Assembly (NCBI GenBank): GCA_002269645.1
Contig: NIVC01001111.1
Location: forward strand, 248,001 to 312,000
Origin: Macrostomum lignano
Lineage: Eukaryota
DNA length: 64,000 bases
Reading direction: 5' to 3'
Made by a program: the position numbers and the translations under genes. Positions 1 through 13,400 of this stretch are shown here, one piece after another. Position 1 is the stretch's first letter. Every line of letters begins with the position of its first letter. Under the pieces are notes generated by a model that searched no databases, was not told the DNA's origin, and saw only the letters and a list, made by a program, of their open reading frames with translations.

Positions 1-686
1 CTGAAGTGGATCCCAGGGCACGCAGGGTTTCCGGGGAACGAGCTGGCAGACACCCTCGCCAAGAGGGGCGGCTCTGGCTCTTTTTTCGGCCCTGCCCCCT
101 GGTCCCTATGCCCTTGACAGTCATCAATCGTCAGATCGACGACTGGGCTGACTCCCTCCACAGGGACAGATGGGCGGGCACCCAAAACTGCCGGCAATCT
201 CGTGCCGCGGTTCCTTGCCCGTCTCACAGGCTCAGAAACATCCTTCTGAACCAGAATCGGAAGGATATTCGAGCCCTTGTCATGACCCTTACCGGCCATG
301 GCTACCTCGCCAGGCACTGCTTCCTCCGAGGCGACCTCGAGAGCGAAATTTGCCCCTTTTGCGAGTGCGACAATGAAGATGCTCAGCACTTTGTCTGTCA
401 CTGCCCTTTCTTTAACAGAGACCGGCTACGCTACCTCGGGCCGAACCCGTCCATTGACGAGGTTTGCCAGCCCGACAGCATCCCACGGCTCATCCAGTTC
501 CTTCGGGCGACTAGACGAGCCAGTTTCTTCCCAACGGAAGATCACGCTGCAGGACGGACCGGCGGACCACCCTGACCGGCCCCACGCCTCTGCCTGTCTG
601 CGGGCCTTCAGGGGCTAGCGGAATGGGCGACCCTCGCCTCCCCGCTGTGTCTACGGACCACCCTGCAGCTAAGTCAAGTAAGTCAA
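1..686 (+). mobile_element. 3' end of a non-LTR retrotransposon (RNase H + C-terminal CCHC; R1/Loa/I-like), cut by the window start, 1-bp frameshift
   Basis: Frame 1 from base 1 reads LKWIPGHAGFPGNELADTLAKRG (RNase H C-terminal motif). After a frameshift in the C-run near 96 it continues as ORF 6..575 with LTGHGYLARH...CPFCECDNEDAQHFVCHC (zinc knuckle). Short 3' UTR ends in an AAGTCAAGTAAGTCAA tail at ~671-686. Confidence 0.85.
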
Positions 687-691
687 AGACT

Positions 692-832
692 AGATTCGGA
701 CACAGAGTAATCAGATTCACACAGAGTGACCAGATTCGGACACAGAGTAATCAGATTCGGACACAGAGTGACCAGATTCGTACACAGAGTGATTAGATTC
801 GGACACAAAGTGTTCAGATTCGGACACGGAGT
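692..832. repeat. 21-bp minisatellite (AGATTCGGACACAGAGT-AATC/GACC), ~7 copies
   Basis: Direct tandem repeats read from the sequence; they explain low-complexity ORF 683..877. Confidence 0.9.
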
Positions 833-876
833 TGTCAGAAATTTAATCAAGGTCTGCACCACTGACGCGAGGTGCA

Positions 877-1793
877 TCAGCGGTTCACAATGGTCTGGCC
901 CTCGGCAACCAGCCGGCGGCTGCGCTGCATCTGCAAGTCGACCACCTGACTGTAGCTCCGCTCCAAACGGTTCATCTGCTCGTCCAGCTGCTGCCGCACG
1001 GCGGACAGAGCGGCCAGCATCATCGCCTTGCGGCAGCGGGCCATCTCGTCGGCGTCTGCGACCCGATACGATTCTGTCGTTGGCTTCTGCTGCATCATTT
1101 GCGACGGCGCTCCAATCTCAGTCAGCTGGCGAATGCGGGCCTCCAGAGACTGCTCGATGCGGCAAATCTCCGCCGACGTGCCCTCCTCGCTGTCGGCGGC
1201 AATCGAAGCAGTCGACGTCGCCGTGGACCCGACCAGCTCCGTCAGTCGGAGGCTGCTGGACACTGTGGACGCACTACCATCGCCGCCGCTTCCTCCGTTG
1301 TCGCCGCGAACCGACGAGGTCGATGAGAACAGCCGCAAAGAGTCGGCGTCGTCTCCCTCGTCGTAGAACTCCAGGACGGAGCTGCCGACGCTCCGCGGCT
1401 GACCGCGTGGATTCCGTCGCCGATGAATTTCTCGGCGTCGGTCGTTGTCGTCTTCGGCAGCTGAGCAGTCCAGAGCCGGCCCGCCGTCCTCCCAGCGGTG
1501 TTGCCGGCGCAGGCGGCGAACCTTTGACGGTGGCTGCGACGGCTGCGGTTGAAAAATCGGCAGCACAACGCCTTGACAGTGCGGACAGAAGGCCGTCACC
1601 AGCTGCTGCTGATCCTCCAGCGACGAAGCCGAAGCTGGCAGGCCTTCATCGGAGCTGCCGCTGCTGTAATCGACAGCGTCATCGGCGGTAATGGCATGCT
1701 CGGCGGCTGAGACTCGGTGGCTGCGGCGCCGGGACAGAAGCCGACCCAGGCTAAACGCGGACTTCCGGCTGTTCTTGGCGTCAGCCTTGCCGT

Positions 1794-1838
<45 letters not shown>

Positions 1839-1902
1839 GCTTCGGCCGGCGGAACAGCTGGCCCCAGCGCATCTGCGGGTCCATGGCGGCAGAGGTCGGC
1901 AT
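877..1902 (-). CDS. Single-exon hypothetical protein (poly-Ala, CPHC, Ser-rich, C-terminal coiled coil)
   Basis: Long GC-rich ORF 877..2022; the ORF track start is TTG and the first ATG is at 1902 (MPTSAAMDPQ...). (GCC)13 encodes poly-Ala; heptad-like EICRIEQSLEARIRQL and LSAVRQQLDEQMNRLE. No family recognised. Confidence 0.7.
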
Positions 1903-1951
1903 GGTGACTTCGGGGATGCCGTCGGCTACAGAATCGGGCAGGCTGGATGAG

Positions 1952-1959
1952 TTTTTATA
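1952..1959 (-). promoter_or_regulatory. Candidate TATA box (TATAAAAA) for the orphan gene
   Basis: Minus-strand TATAAAAA ~50 bp upstream of ATG 1902; positional inference only. Confidence 0.35.
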
Positions 1960-2654
1960 TTCGTATTTTCGTGTGCAGATGGCGAGCAGTTTAGGAATCA
2001 GGCGAGGCGGCTTGAGCAGCAAAGCTGAGCGCCCTGTCCGGTCCAGTCCGGAGCAGCGGAAGTCGCTAATTCCGATGGTTCCCCTCTCACTTTTCGATCA
2101 ATAAAGCTGCAGAAATGCACTGGAACTATATAACTCATGGCGCCATGGCGGAACCTCGCGGCCATCAGAAAATAAGTCTATATAATTAAGGCGCCTCTAT
2201 CATTAAAAGTTTTTTTGACACTTTTTGCCTACTTTCAGTAGTTTAACTGCAAAATTTACGCTGTAAAACATGATGAAATTGCAAGACCTATATGGCTGAG
2301 TAGACGGCTATTTGAGCTTTCTCGTGAGAAGTCCTCGAAATTTCAATCAATTAATCTGTCACTGAACGGCTGAAGTGCTTAAAATTTCAAGCCTTTAATT
2401 CTTCTTTGCTACCGACCTGCCATTCGAAGACTTAACTAAGATGTTATAGATTTCTGCTTAAATAATGTTAGCATTAAGAGCTAGTTCGAAAAAAGTACAC
2501 TAAGAAGTTATTTTATAAGGGGAACTCGTTGAGAATTTTTCCTGAAAGTCCATTCAAAAGATTGCACTGTAATCAACTCTACTCTATATTCTACCCAACT
2601 GATTGACCCTTCTCTTTCCTGCTCTATTCTACCCTACGAGACCCTACGTATTCT

Positions 2655-3155
2655 ACTTTACTCTACTCTACTCTACTCTACTTTACTCTACTCTACTCTA
2701 CTCTACTCTACTCTACTCTACTCTACTTTACTCTACTCTACTCTAATCTACTCCATTCGACTCTACTCTACTCTACTCTACTCTACTCTACTCTACTCTA
2801 CTCTACTCTACTCTACTCTACTCTACTTTACTCTACTCTACTCTACTCTACTCTACTCTACTCTACTCTACTCTACTCTACTCTACTCTACTCTACTTTA
2901 CTCTACTCTACTCTAATTTACTCCATTCGACTCTACTCTACTCTACTCTACTCTACTCTAATCTACTCCATTCGACTCTACTCTAATCTACTCTACTCTA
3001 CTCCATTCGACTCTACTCTACTCTACTCTACTCCATTCGACTCTACTCTACTCTACTCTACTCTACTCTACTTTACTCTACTCTACTCTACTCTACTCTA
3101 CTCTACTCTACTCTACTCTACTCTACTCTACTCTACTCTACTCTCTCCACTCTAT
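2655..3155. repeat. (CTACT)n pentanucleotide microsatellite
   Basis: Direct reading; interrupted by CCATTCGA variants. Confidence 0.97.
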
Positions 3156-3475
3156 AATATATTTCAATTAAGAAAACCTCATTAACGATAGTTTAATAAA
3201 ATATTAACTTTTCTTATTGTTACTGTTGTTATTAAAGGAAAAAGAAACCTCTACCTTTTAAAGTCTCTTCGAAAATCTGCAGACTGCCTGTCAATTATTA
3301 TATTTTTCCAAGAGCAGTCGCATTGGGCGTCTCGGGCAAGCAAACAGATAGAGATCCGAGTCTTTAATGGTAGCCTCCCCACACGATCATTTGGCCTCCT
3401 GCATGAGCCAATCAGGGGCTAAGAAGTATTCGAGCATTTGCATAGATTCCCACGATTTTTAATTTCGAGACTCTA

Positions 3476-4128
3476 ACTTAAACCATAAACTAAACCCTAA
3501 CCTTAACATGAACCTAAACCCTTAACCCTAAACTAAACCGTTACCTAAACCCAAACCTAAATCAAAGCTTAAACCCTAACCTAAATCCTAACCTAAACCC
3601 TAAACCCTAACCTAAAACCCAACCTGAACTACCTAAACCCCAACCTAAACCCTAAATCCCAACCTAAAACCTAAATCTCAACCTAAACCCTAAACCCCAA
3701 CCTAAACTGCAACCCAAACCCAAACCTAAACCGTAACCTAAACCGTAACCTAAACCGTAACCTAAACCGTAACCTAAACCCTAAACCCTAACCTAAACCC
3801 TAAACCCTAACCTAAACCCTAAACCCCAACCTAAACTGCAACCCAAACCCAAACCTAAACCGTAACCTAAACCGTAACCTAAACCGTAACCTAAACCGTA
3901 ACCTAAACCGTAACCTAAACCGTAACCTAAACCCTAAACCCTAACCTAAACCCTAAACCCTAACCTAAACCCTAAACCCTAACCTAAACCCTAAACCCTA
4001 ACCTAAACCCTAAACCCTAACATAAACCCTAAACCCCAACCTAAACTGTAACTCAAACCCAAACCTAAACCGTAACCTAAACCGTAACCTAAACCGTAAC
4101 CTAAACCCTAAACCCTAACCTCAACCCG
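3476..4128. repeat. Interstitial telomere-like degenerate array (CCCTAA / CCCTAAA / CCGTAA mixtures)
   Basis: Units such as CCTAAACCCTAAACCCTAA and CCTAAACCGTAA; G-rich strand is the minus strand. Confidence 0.9.
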
Positions 4129-5327
4129 AAATCACTGGCAGTCAAGTAGCAGGTAGAGAAGTGACTCTACTTTACTATATTTTTTCCGGTCTACTCTAAC
4201 CATCTCTACCATCTACCCTAGTCCTCCACTCTACCCCACTCAACTCTAGCTTCAGTGAAATGCTCTATTCAACTTTCTCTGCTCTACTCCTCGAAATACT
4301 CTGCAATACTTTTCGAGACTGTCGTCTCCGCCCGATCAGTGCGCAAAAAACGCATTTCCCCTGAGGCCGACGCGCTGCGGCGCGCCTTCCAGAAGATGTC
4401 GATTATCCAGCATCCCTGGGGGCGCCAGGCTGCACTGGTCGAGCCAGTTCTTTGCCAGATTCTTCCAGCGAGTTGCTAATGAGATATTCGGCCCATTGAC
4501 AAGCCGTCTCAGGCTCAGGAACAGGGAGCTCATTTCTTTTATATTTCTCCCATTAGGCGTCGGCCAAATGATGAGAATTGGGATATTGAAAGAATTGAGC
4601 TTCATCTGAGAGGCTGCAAATCCCGCGAGGATGCGGGATTCTGTGCGCCCAAGGCTGAGCGAGACTGATTCGCTTCAATATAAAATTTGGACAAATCGTA
4701 CGCATTTTACTCTACTTATTGATATGGCCACTGAGTAGTAAGTAGCGTTTATTTCAAGGAATTTTTGTAATCATGAATTTTTCACCTGCCTGCCAGTAAG
4801 ATTGACGATTTTGATTTTGATAAAAATGCTACTGAATACCAGCTACCAGGTGAGATTACAGCTTTTCCTATGTATCCTACGCAAATCCTTATTTGATTTG
4901 ATTAGAGATCTGCAAAATCTGGGCTTGAAATAAATTCCCGTAGCGTAACTATGCACTGCATTGCTCAAGAGGCCATGTGGGAAGGCAGCAAAGACCAAAG
5001 CAGCTCGTGTTTCATGTCAGGCAGCCAATTCAATGCTAGACGATCACCTGACCAGTCGAACCAAAGTGGCCTGCACGGTTAAACAGCTGAGCCACAGAGC
5101 AGTCAGGACGCAGGCAAAATCCACTTGGGCGGCTCACGAGTATTAAAAATTTATACGGCTATTGATCGGGACCTCGGTAAACTACAAAGCCAATAAAAAC
5201 TTTCACTCGGCTCTGGGAGCTAGAGAACCTGCCGCCGGGTCTCTGCTCTTTGATAGCTCTCTCAGAAACGATGCCCGCTGAGTTTATTACTCATATTGGA
5301 GGACTTAAAGCTCCAGTCCGCTAAAAC

Positions 5328-5652
5328 CCAGTCCACTCATCCCAGTCCACTCATCCCAGTCCACTCATCCCAGTCCACTCATCCCAGTCCACTCACCCCA
5401 GTCCACTCACCCCAGTCCACTCACCCCAGTCCACTCACCCCAGTCCACTCACCCCAGTCCACTCACCCCAGTCCACTCATCCCATTCCACTCATCCCAGT
5501 CCACTCACCCCAGCTGCAGTCCACTAATCCCAGTCCACTAATCCCAGCTGCAGTCCACTCATCCCAGTCCGCTAACCTCAGTCCGCTAACCCCAGTCCGC
5601 TCACCCCAATTCACTCATCCCAGCTGCAGTGCACTCGCCCCAGTCCACTCGC
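5328..5652. repeat. 14-bp minisatellite (CCAGTCCACTCA[TC]C)
   Basis: Direct tandem repeats, degenerating at the 3' end. Confidence 0.92.
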
Positions 5653-6116
5653 TGTTTTAGGACTGGGACAGTATACAAGCTACAAGAGCTCAAAATCGCG
5701 GCAATACAAGCTCACAGGCTGAGTTGCTTCTCGCAGTTTTGAAATTCGTCTGTAAAATAATTATTGATAAAAGTGCAGGCAAGACCGGCATAATCCAGTC
5801 CTCAGCCTCTCTCTCTCTCTCGCTCAGCATGGCAGCATGGTGGCATCGAATATTCCGGCCACGTCTTCAGCAACAGCTTGCCCGCAATCAGCGTCCGAGA
5901 CTTCATCTCACCCCCTGGCTAGCACCCGCCCCTCGCCGGGGGGCTCTAGCCGCAACATGCTTTATAAGATTTATCGAAGTGCCGAGTCTGCAAGAACAAT
6001 CGATCTCTGCCGTCAGCCAGCTCTAACATAAGTTATCCTAACAGCGAGTGTCTGAGCTGCACTCGCAACACTTAATTGCCAAAAACTGCTGATTTATAAC
6101 GAAGCGTATTGTTCAA

Positions 6117-6349
6117 GGGGGGTTGTAGCCCAGTGGCGACTGAATGGTCGGGGGTTCGATTCTCGACCCAATTGGAACATTAAGCAAGAAACTTAATTCT
6201 GCATTGCTTCAGTTCTCCCAGCTGTAAAATGGGTGCCAGCGACTCCCCCCAGTCCTTGGACTGATCAGCCGCAATAGTTGCGGCTTGAGCTGTCGGCTGC
6301 ACATCTGGCCCAATTAGGGCAGGTGTAATCAATTACTAATGTCATCTGC
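6117..6349 (+). mobile_element. tRNA-derived CORE-type SINE, internally deleted copy
   Basis: GTAGCCCAGTGG (A box) and GGTTCGATTC (B box); TTAAGCAAGAAACTTAA...CAGCTGTAAAATGGG resembles the CORE domain; 3' part matches the copy at 62335-62723; flanking ATTGTTCAA direct repeat at 6108-6116 and 6350-6358 (candidate TSD). Confidence 0.8.
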
Positions 6350-7277
6350 ATTGTTCAAACTCTCCGACCTAAAGCTCCGTTGCTAAGGGGCTGAGTCTGT
6401 GCAAGAATTCCCCGAGATAAGCTCGGCAGATGGTCAAGCTGATTGTCAGCAGAACTGACCAAGCATGCCGCATGCCGGATGGCTGCGAAATAATTGCTCA
6501 CGGCTGCCAGTCGATAAAGTGACCCCTGCTGCAACATTTGAATTGAAGAGAACGCGGGAGAGCGGGAGCGGGAGAAGCTGGGAGGAGGGGTGTAAAAGCC
6601 ATTAGCGCGCTCGGAGCAGATGAATGAGGCGTGCAGCAGCCTCTTCAGTGCATCCAGTGTTGAGCCGTCAACTCTCGTGTTCAAAGCGCTGCTGCACAGA
6701 CCGCTTAAGCATTAAAGAGAGAAAGAAACACACCTCTTTCCCTTTCAGCATTTTCTCCCCTGCATCTTTTCCTAGATGGTCTATTTTTCCCCTGTAGGAT
6801 GTATCTACCCCCAAGCCCGCCAGCTTTCTTCTCAGCTCCATATTCCAGGAATCATCCAATTGGTCGAGCCCGACTCCCCCCCCCCTGCTGCCCTCCATTT
6901 CACCCCTCCACCGAAAAAGTCCTCGGGTTTAGTTTGGGGATCCTGGCGACTCTCCATTGTATTTGGGGAAGAACGGGGGGGGGGAGGAGGGGGCGGAGAA
7001 AGCGGCCGGCCAACCCGAGGAGTTTGAGGCCTGCGGGGAGCGAGAGGGCGCAGTCGTCGAAAGATAAACACCGAGCAGGCTGGGGCGCTCGGGCTCCGGC
7101 CTCCTCCGCTGCCTTCCCTTCTGCTCCGTTGCCTGACTCCGCGCTGTGAAGAAAAGTAGACGGACAAATCTCTGACGAAGTATCGTTGGTATTCAGAGCT
7201 AGGAGTGCAGGACCTCAATGACTGAGAGGCGGCTGCAGCAACAGCAGTACAGAGCTGCCGGGGCGTCCGAATTCGAA

Positions 7278-7281
7278 ATGT
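7278..7281 (+). CDS. Inferred first coding micro-segment (ATG T) of the DEG/ENaC gene at the end of a GC-rich 5' exon
   Basis: ATGT|GTAAGT is a canonical donor; phase 1 joins exon 16461 in frame. The GC-rich 6560-7280 island upstream looks like promoter/5' UTR. Confidence 0.45.
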
Positions 7282-7362
7282 GTAAGTAAAAATTTTATTA
7301 GTTACTGTTAGTTTCCGTAGATATTAAAATAGCTATCGTTTCTACTCCATATTCCGTGCATG

Positions 7363-7462
<100 letters not shown>

Positions 7463-7467
7463 TACCG

Positions 7468-10400
7468 CTGTCTGTGTGTTTAGCGGGACCAGAGTTTTGT
7501 TAATGCATTAGGTGGACCACCTAGTTTCGCTATAAAACCGGTGTCTTTTGTCTCTACACGAAAAGTTAGCGTGGGTTGTCTTTCAGTTTAGCCTGCAGAT
7601 TAGCCATCTCGTGGAAACTGCATGTCACTTTCAACTGGGATAGCTGGACCAGCCCGGACCTGTTTTAGGTGGACCTTCAAAAAGACACCGTTTAGGTGGA
7701 CCATCATTTATTTAGCAGAGTACTGGGATTATTATCGACCCAGTACTGTTAGGCACGAGAAAAAACACTAAAAAGTCACGTGACGGAAGCCCCAAATACA
7801 AAATATGTAATAAAGTGCAAATAATGCATTCAGTTCTACTTTGCTCCTGACTCAAGAACCGATCATCCTCATTAAAAACAAATGAATCAAATGCAACTAA
7901 TTTTTAGGCCGAGAAAAATAGTTACAAGTGCAAATTAACAGCCAAGCAAAAGTTTAAATAGCAAAAATTCATATTTGTAGTGCACTAGAATAATGATAAA
8001 TCTAAAGAAACACACTTAACGTCCCAATTATGTGCCAAAAAAGCAAGTAGATTGACGATGATAATTAATAAATACATTTGCCCAATAAATTTCACGCATT
8101 ACAATAGAACAACTTTCCACTCAATTTTTGAACAATAAAAAAAATTTTTACGGACGGACAAGACATGTTCCGAAGGATAGCGGAATGATCTCACAGAAAG
8201 CCACAAGCTGTCGCAGTCAATATCATCGTAAACAAACTATTGCGGTTGAGCACAAAAAACTAGTCTTCATTTTGCCAGAGTTGCTTGCGTCACTCGTCTG
8301 CATCAAAGCTGACTTGCCGTCTCCTGACTGGGCCTGTCAAATTTGACATTTATACGAGAATTCAGGATTGACAGTTTACAGCTGATATTCTACTGAGACT
8401 TTGAAACAGACTGGCATATTATTGTCAGTATAGTCTGTAGGTCAGCTGGACCTCCTAAACTTGAATTCCACCCCATCTGTGAGGCTCCTAAACAGACTGG
8501 CTCAGTTGCGTCAGTGCAGTCTGTAGGTTAGCTGGACCAGTTCAATTAGAATAGGATAAGCCAAAACTGAACACTTTTGCAGCAAGCTCACCACAGTAGA
8601 TTCAGTCTCCTCTAATGACTGAACTGAGATGAGGCAACACGTCTGTCCATCAGACTGAACAGCGTCTCAGGTGCCTCAGCAAACTTTTTAGAGGTGTCCA
8701 GACGTGAGATGTCAGCCTATAATCGATTCAATGGCTCTTGGCCTTTAAATTATTGGTCGACATCTTGCCAGAGTTGCTTGCGTCACTCGTCTGCATCAAT
8801 GCTGGCTTGCCATCTCCAGACTGGGCCTGTCAAATTTGACATTTATACGAGAATTCAGGATTGAGAATTTACAACTGATTTCCTACTGAGACTTTGAAAC
8901 AGACTGGCACAGTGGCGTCAGTACAGTCTGTAGGTTAGCTGGACCTCCTGGACTTGAATTCCACCTCCCATCTGTGAGGCTCCTAAACAGACTGGCTCAG
9001 TGGCGTCAGTGCAGTCTGTAGTTTAGCTGGACCACCTAAACTTGAATATCTGTGAGGCTCATAAACAGACTGGCTCAGTTGCGTCAGTGCAGTCTGTAGT
9101 TTAGCTGGACCACCTAAACTTGAATATCTGTGAGGCTCATAAACAGACTGGCTCAGTGGCGTCAGTGCAGTCTGTAGGTTAGCTGGACCTCCTGGACTTG
9201 AATTCCACCTCCCATCTGTGAGGCTCCTAAACAGACTGGCTCAGTTGCGTCAGTGCAGTCTGTAGTTTAGCTGGACCACCTAAACTTGAATATCTGTGAG
9301 GCTCATAAACAGACTGGCTCAGTTGCGTCAGTGCAGTCTGTAGTTTAACTGGACCACCTAAACTTGAATATCTGTGAGGCTCATAAACAGACTGGCTCAG
9401 TTGCGTCAGTGCAGTCTGTAGGTTAGCTGGACCTCCTGGACTTGAATTCCACCTCCCATCTGTGAGGCTCCTAAACAGACTGGCTCAGTGGCGTCAGTAC
9501 AGTCTGTAGGTTAGCTGGACCTCCTGGACTTGAATTCCACCTCCCATCTGTGAGGCTCTTACACAGACTGGCTCAGTAGCGTCAGTGCAGTCTGTAGGTT
9601 AGCTGGACCTCCTAAACTTTGAATATCTGTGAGGCTCCTAATCAGACTGGCTCAGTTGCGTCAGTACAGTCTGTAGGTTAGCTGGACCTCCTAAACTTGA
9701 ATTCCACCTCCATCTGTGAGGCTCCTAAACAGACTGGCTCAGTTGTGTCAGTGCAGTCTGTAGGTTAGCTGGACCTCCTGGACTTGAATTCCACCTCCCA
9801 TCTGTGAGGCTCCTAAACAGACTGGCTCAGTGGCGTCAGTGCAGTCTGTAGTTTAGCTGGACCACCTAAACTTCATCTGTGAGGCTCCTAAACAGACTGG
9901 CTCAGTTGCGTCAGTGCAGTCTGTAGGTTAGCTGGACCTCCTAAACTTGAATTCCACCTCCAATCTGTGAGGCTCCTAAACAGACTGGCTCAGTTGTGTC
10001 AGTGCAGTCTGTAGGTTAGCTGGACCAGTTCAATTAGAATAGGATAAGCCAAAACTGAACACTTTTGCAGTAAGCTCACCACAGTAGATTCAATCTCGTC
10101 CGATGACTGAACTGAGATGAGGCAACACGTCTGTCCATCAGACTGAACAGCGTCTCAGGTGCCTTAGCAAACTTTTTACAAGTGTCCAGACGTGAGATGT
10201 CAGCCTATAATCGATTCAATGGCTCTTGGCCTTTAAGGTCTTGGTCGACATCTTGCCAGAGTTGCTTGCGTCACTCGTCTGCATCAAAGCTGACTTGCCG
10301 TCTCCAGACTGGGCCTGTCAAATTTGACATTTATACGAGAATACAGGATTGAGAATTTACAACTGATTTCCTACTGAGACTTTGAAACAGACTGGCTCAG

Positions 10401-13400
10401 TGGCGTCAGTACAGTCTGTAGGTTAGCTGGACCACCTAAGCTTGAATTCCACCTCCATCTGTGAGGCTCCTAAACAGACTGGCTCAGTGGCGTCAGTGCA
10501 GTCTGTAGTTTAGCTGGACCACCTAAACTTCATCTGTGAGGCTCCTAAACAGACTGGCTCAGTTGCGTCAGTGCAGTCTGCAGGTTAGCTGGACCAGCTA
10601 AACTTGAATTCCACCTCCCATCTGTGAGGCTCCTAAACAGACTGGCTCAGTGGCGTCAGTACAGTCTGTAGGTTAGCTGGACCTCCTGGACTTGAATTCC
10701 ACCTCCCATCTGTGAGGCTCTTAAACAGACTGGCTAAGTTGCGTCAGTGCAGTCTGTAGGTTAGCTGGACCAGTTCAATTACATTTAGAAAAGGATAAGC
10801 CAAATCTGAACAATTTTGCAGCAAGCTCACCACAATTGTCCACCGGACTGACCAGCGTCTCAGGTGCCTCAGCAAACTTTTTTGGGAGGTGTCCAGATGT
10901 GAGGTCTCAGCCTATAGTCGACTCAATGGCTCTTGGCCTTTGAAGTATTGGTCGACATCTTTCCAGAGTTGCTTGCGTCACTCGTCTGCATCAATGCTGA
11001 CTTGCCGTATCCAGACTGGGCCTATCAAATTTGACATTTATACGAGAATTCAGGATTGAGAATTTACAACTGATTTCCTACTGAGACTTTGAAACAGACT
11101 GGCTCAGTTGCGTCAGTACAGTCTGTAGGTTAGCTGGACCACCTAAACTTGAATTCCACCTCCATCTGTGAGGCTGCTAAACAGACTGGCTCAGTTGCGT
11201 CAGTGCAGTCTGTAGGTTAGCTGGACCAGTTCAATTAGAATAGGATAAGCCAAATCTGAACACTTTTGCAGCAAGCTCACCACAGTAGATTCAATCTCGT
11301 CCGATGACTGAACTGAGATGAGGCAACACGTCTGTCCATCAGACTGAACAGCGTCTCAGGTGCCTTAGCAAACTTTTTACAGGTGTCCAGACGTGAAATG
11401 TCAGCCTATAATCGATTCAATGGCTCTTAGCCTTTAAAGTCTTGGTCAACATCTTGCCAGAGTTGCTTGCGTCACTCGTCTGCATCAATGCTGACTTGCC
11501 GTCTCCAGACTGGGCCTGTCAAATTTGACATTTATACGAGAATTCAGGATTGAGAATTTACAACTGATATTCTACTGAGACTTTGAAACAGACTGGCTCA
11601 GTGGCGTCAGTACAGTCTGTAGGTTAGCTGGACCTCCTGGACTTGAATTCCACCTCCCATCTGTGAGGCTCCTAAACAGACTGGCTCAGTAGCGTCAGTG
11701 CAGTCTGTAGTTTAGCTGGACCACCTAAACTTAAATATCTGTGAGGCTCCTAAACAGACTGGCTCAGTTGCGTCAGTACAGTCTGTAGGTTAGCTGGACC
11801 TCCTAAACTTGAATTCCACCTCCATCTGTGAGGCTCCTAAACAGACTGGCTCAGTTGTGTCAGTGCAGTCTGTAGGTTAGCTGGACCAGTTCAATTAGAA
11901 TAGGATAAGCCAAAACTGAACACTTTTGCAGCAAGCTCACCACAGTAGATTCAATCTCGTCCGATGACTGAACTGAGATGAGGCAACACGTCTGTCCATC
12001 AGACTGAACAGCGTCTCAGGTGCCTCAGCAAACTTTTTAGAGGTGTCCAGACGTGAAATGTCAGCCTATAATCGATTCAATGGCTCTTAGCCTTTAAGGT
12101 CTCGGTCGACATCTTGCCAGAGTTGCTTGCGTCACTCGTCTGCATCAATGCTGACTTGCCATCTCCAGACTGGGCCTGTCAAATTTGACATTTATACGAG
12201 AATTCAGGATTGAGAATTTACAACTGATTTCCTACTGAGACTTTGAAACAGACTGGCTCAGTGGCGTCAGTACAGTCTGTAGGTTAGCTGGACCTCCTAA
12301 ACTTTGAATATCTGTGAGGCTCCTAAACAGACTGGCTCAGTTGCGTCAGTACAGTCTGTAGGTCAGCTGGACCACCTAAACTTGAATTCCACCTCCCATC
12401 TGTGAGGCTCCTAAACAGACTGGATCAGTTGCGTCAGTACAGTCTGTAGGTTAGCTGGACCAGTTCAATTAGAATAGGATAAACCAAATCTGAACACTTT
12501 TGCAGCAAGCTCACCACAGTAGATTCAATCTCGTCCGATGACTGAACTACGATGAGGCAACACGTCTGTCCACCGGACTGACCAGCGTCTCAGGTGCCTC
12601 AGCCGACTTCTTAGAGGTGTCCAGACGTGAGGCGTCAGCCTATAGTCGACTTAATGGCTCTTGGCCTTTAAAGTCTTGGTCGATATCTTGCTGGAGTTGC
12701 TTGCGTCACTTGTCTGCATCAAAGCTGACTTGCCGTCTCCAGACTGGGCCTGTCAAATTTGGCATTTATACGAGAATTCAGGATTGACAGTTTACAACTG
12801 ATACTTTGATTTTACTGAGACTTTGAAACAGACTGGCATATTGGTGTCAGTACAGTCTGTCGGTTAGCTGGACCTCCTAAACTTGAATTTCACCTCCCAT
12901 CTGTAAGGCTCTTAAACAGACTGGATCAGTGGCGTCAGTACAGTCTGTAGGTTAGCTGGACCAGCTTAGTTGTATGTGCACCGATTTGCTTACCTGGTAG
13001 ATTTTGCTTTTTGGTCTGGCAGGAAAACATCTTTCTGAAATTTCGATTGAGTAGGTTCTTATTGAGGCTCTTTACTAAAGTTTATCATTTTTTCATCCTA
13101 AATAACACTTCGTTTTGGTACTTACTGCAATTTCAATGCAATTTTTCAAAAACGTCGTCGAAAACATTTTTCACTGGCTCCGAAGTATTGTTAGATCTAA
13201 AAGTCGTGTGTTGTTTTTTTTAGCTACGTAGTAATCCAAAGGCTTGGTTTTACTAGAGAATTAGAATGCGAGGAAGTCAATCTTTTAAATTGAATCTTTT
13301 CATTTTATGCTTACCTTAGGTATTCAGTTCACTTGATGTAACATCTGTTACTGTTGCACCTCTTCGGGACTCTGTGTTATTGGGATATCTCCTGCGAGAC

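Noticed and set aside
726-1691. Overlapping and antisense ORFs over GC-rich exons and the gag-pol (e.g. 35106-36203, 54669-55718, 55722-56588)
   Set aside because: Shadow frames of GC3-rich coding sequence with no recognisable motifs; no env-like ORF in the LTR element.
8270-12965. CRISPR-like look of hairpin repeats separated by other sequence
   Set aside because: The intervening sequences are themselves repeated variants, not unique spacers; no cas genes; eukaryotic intron context.
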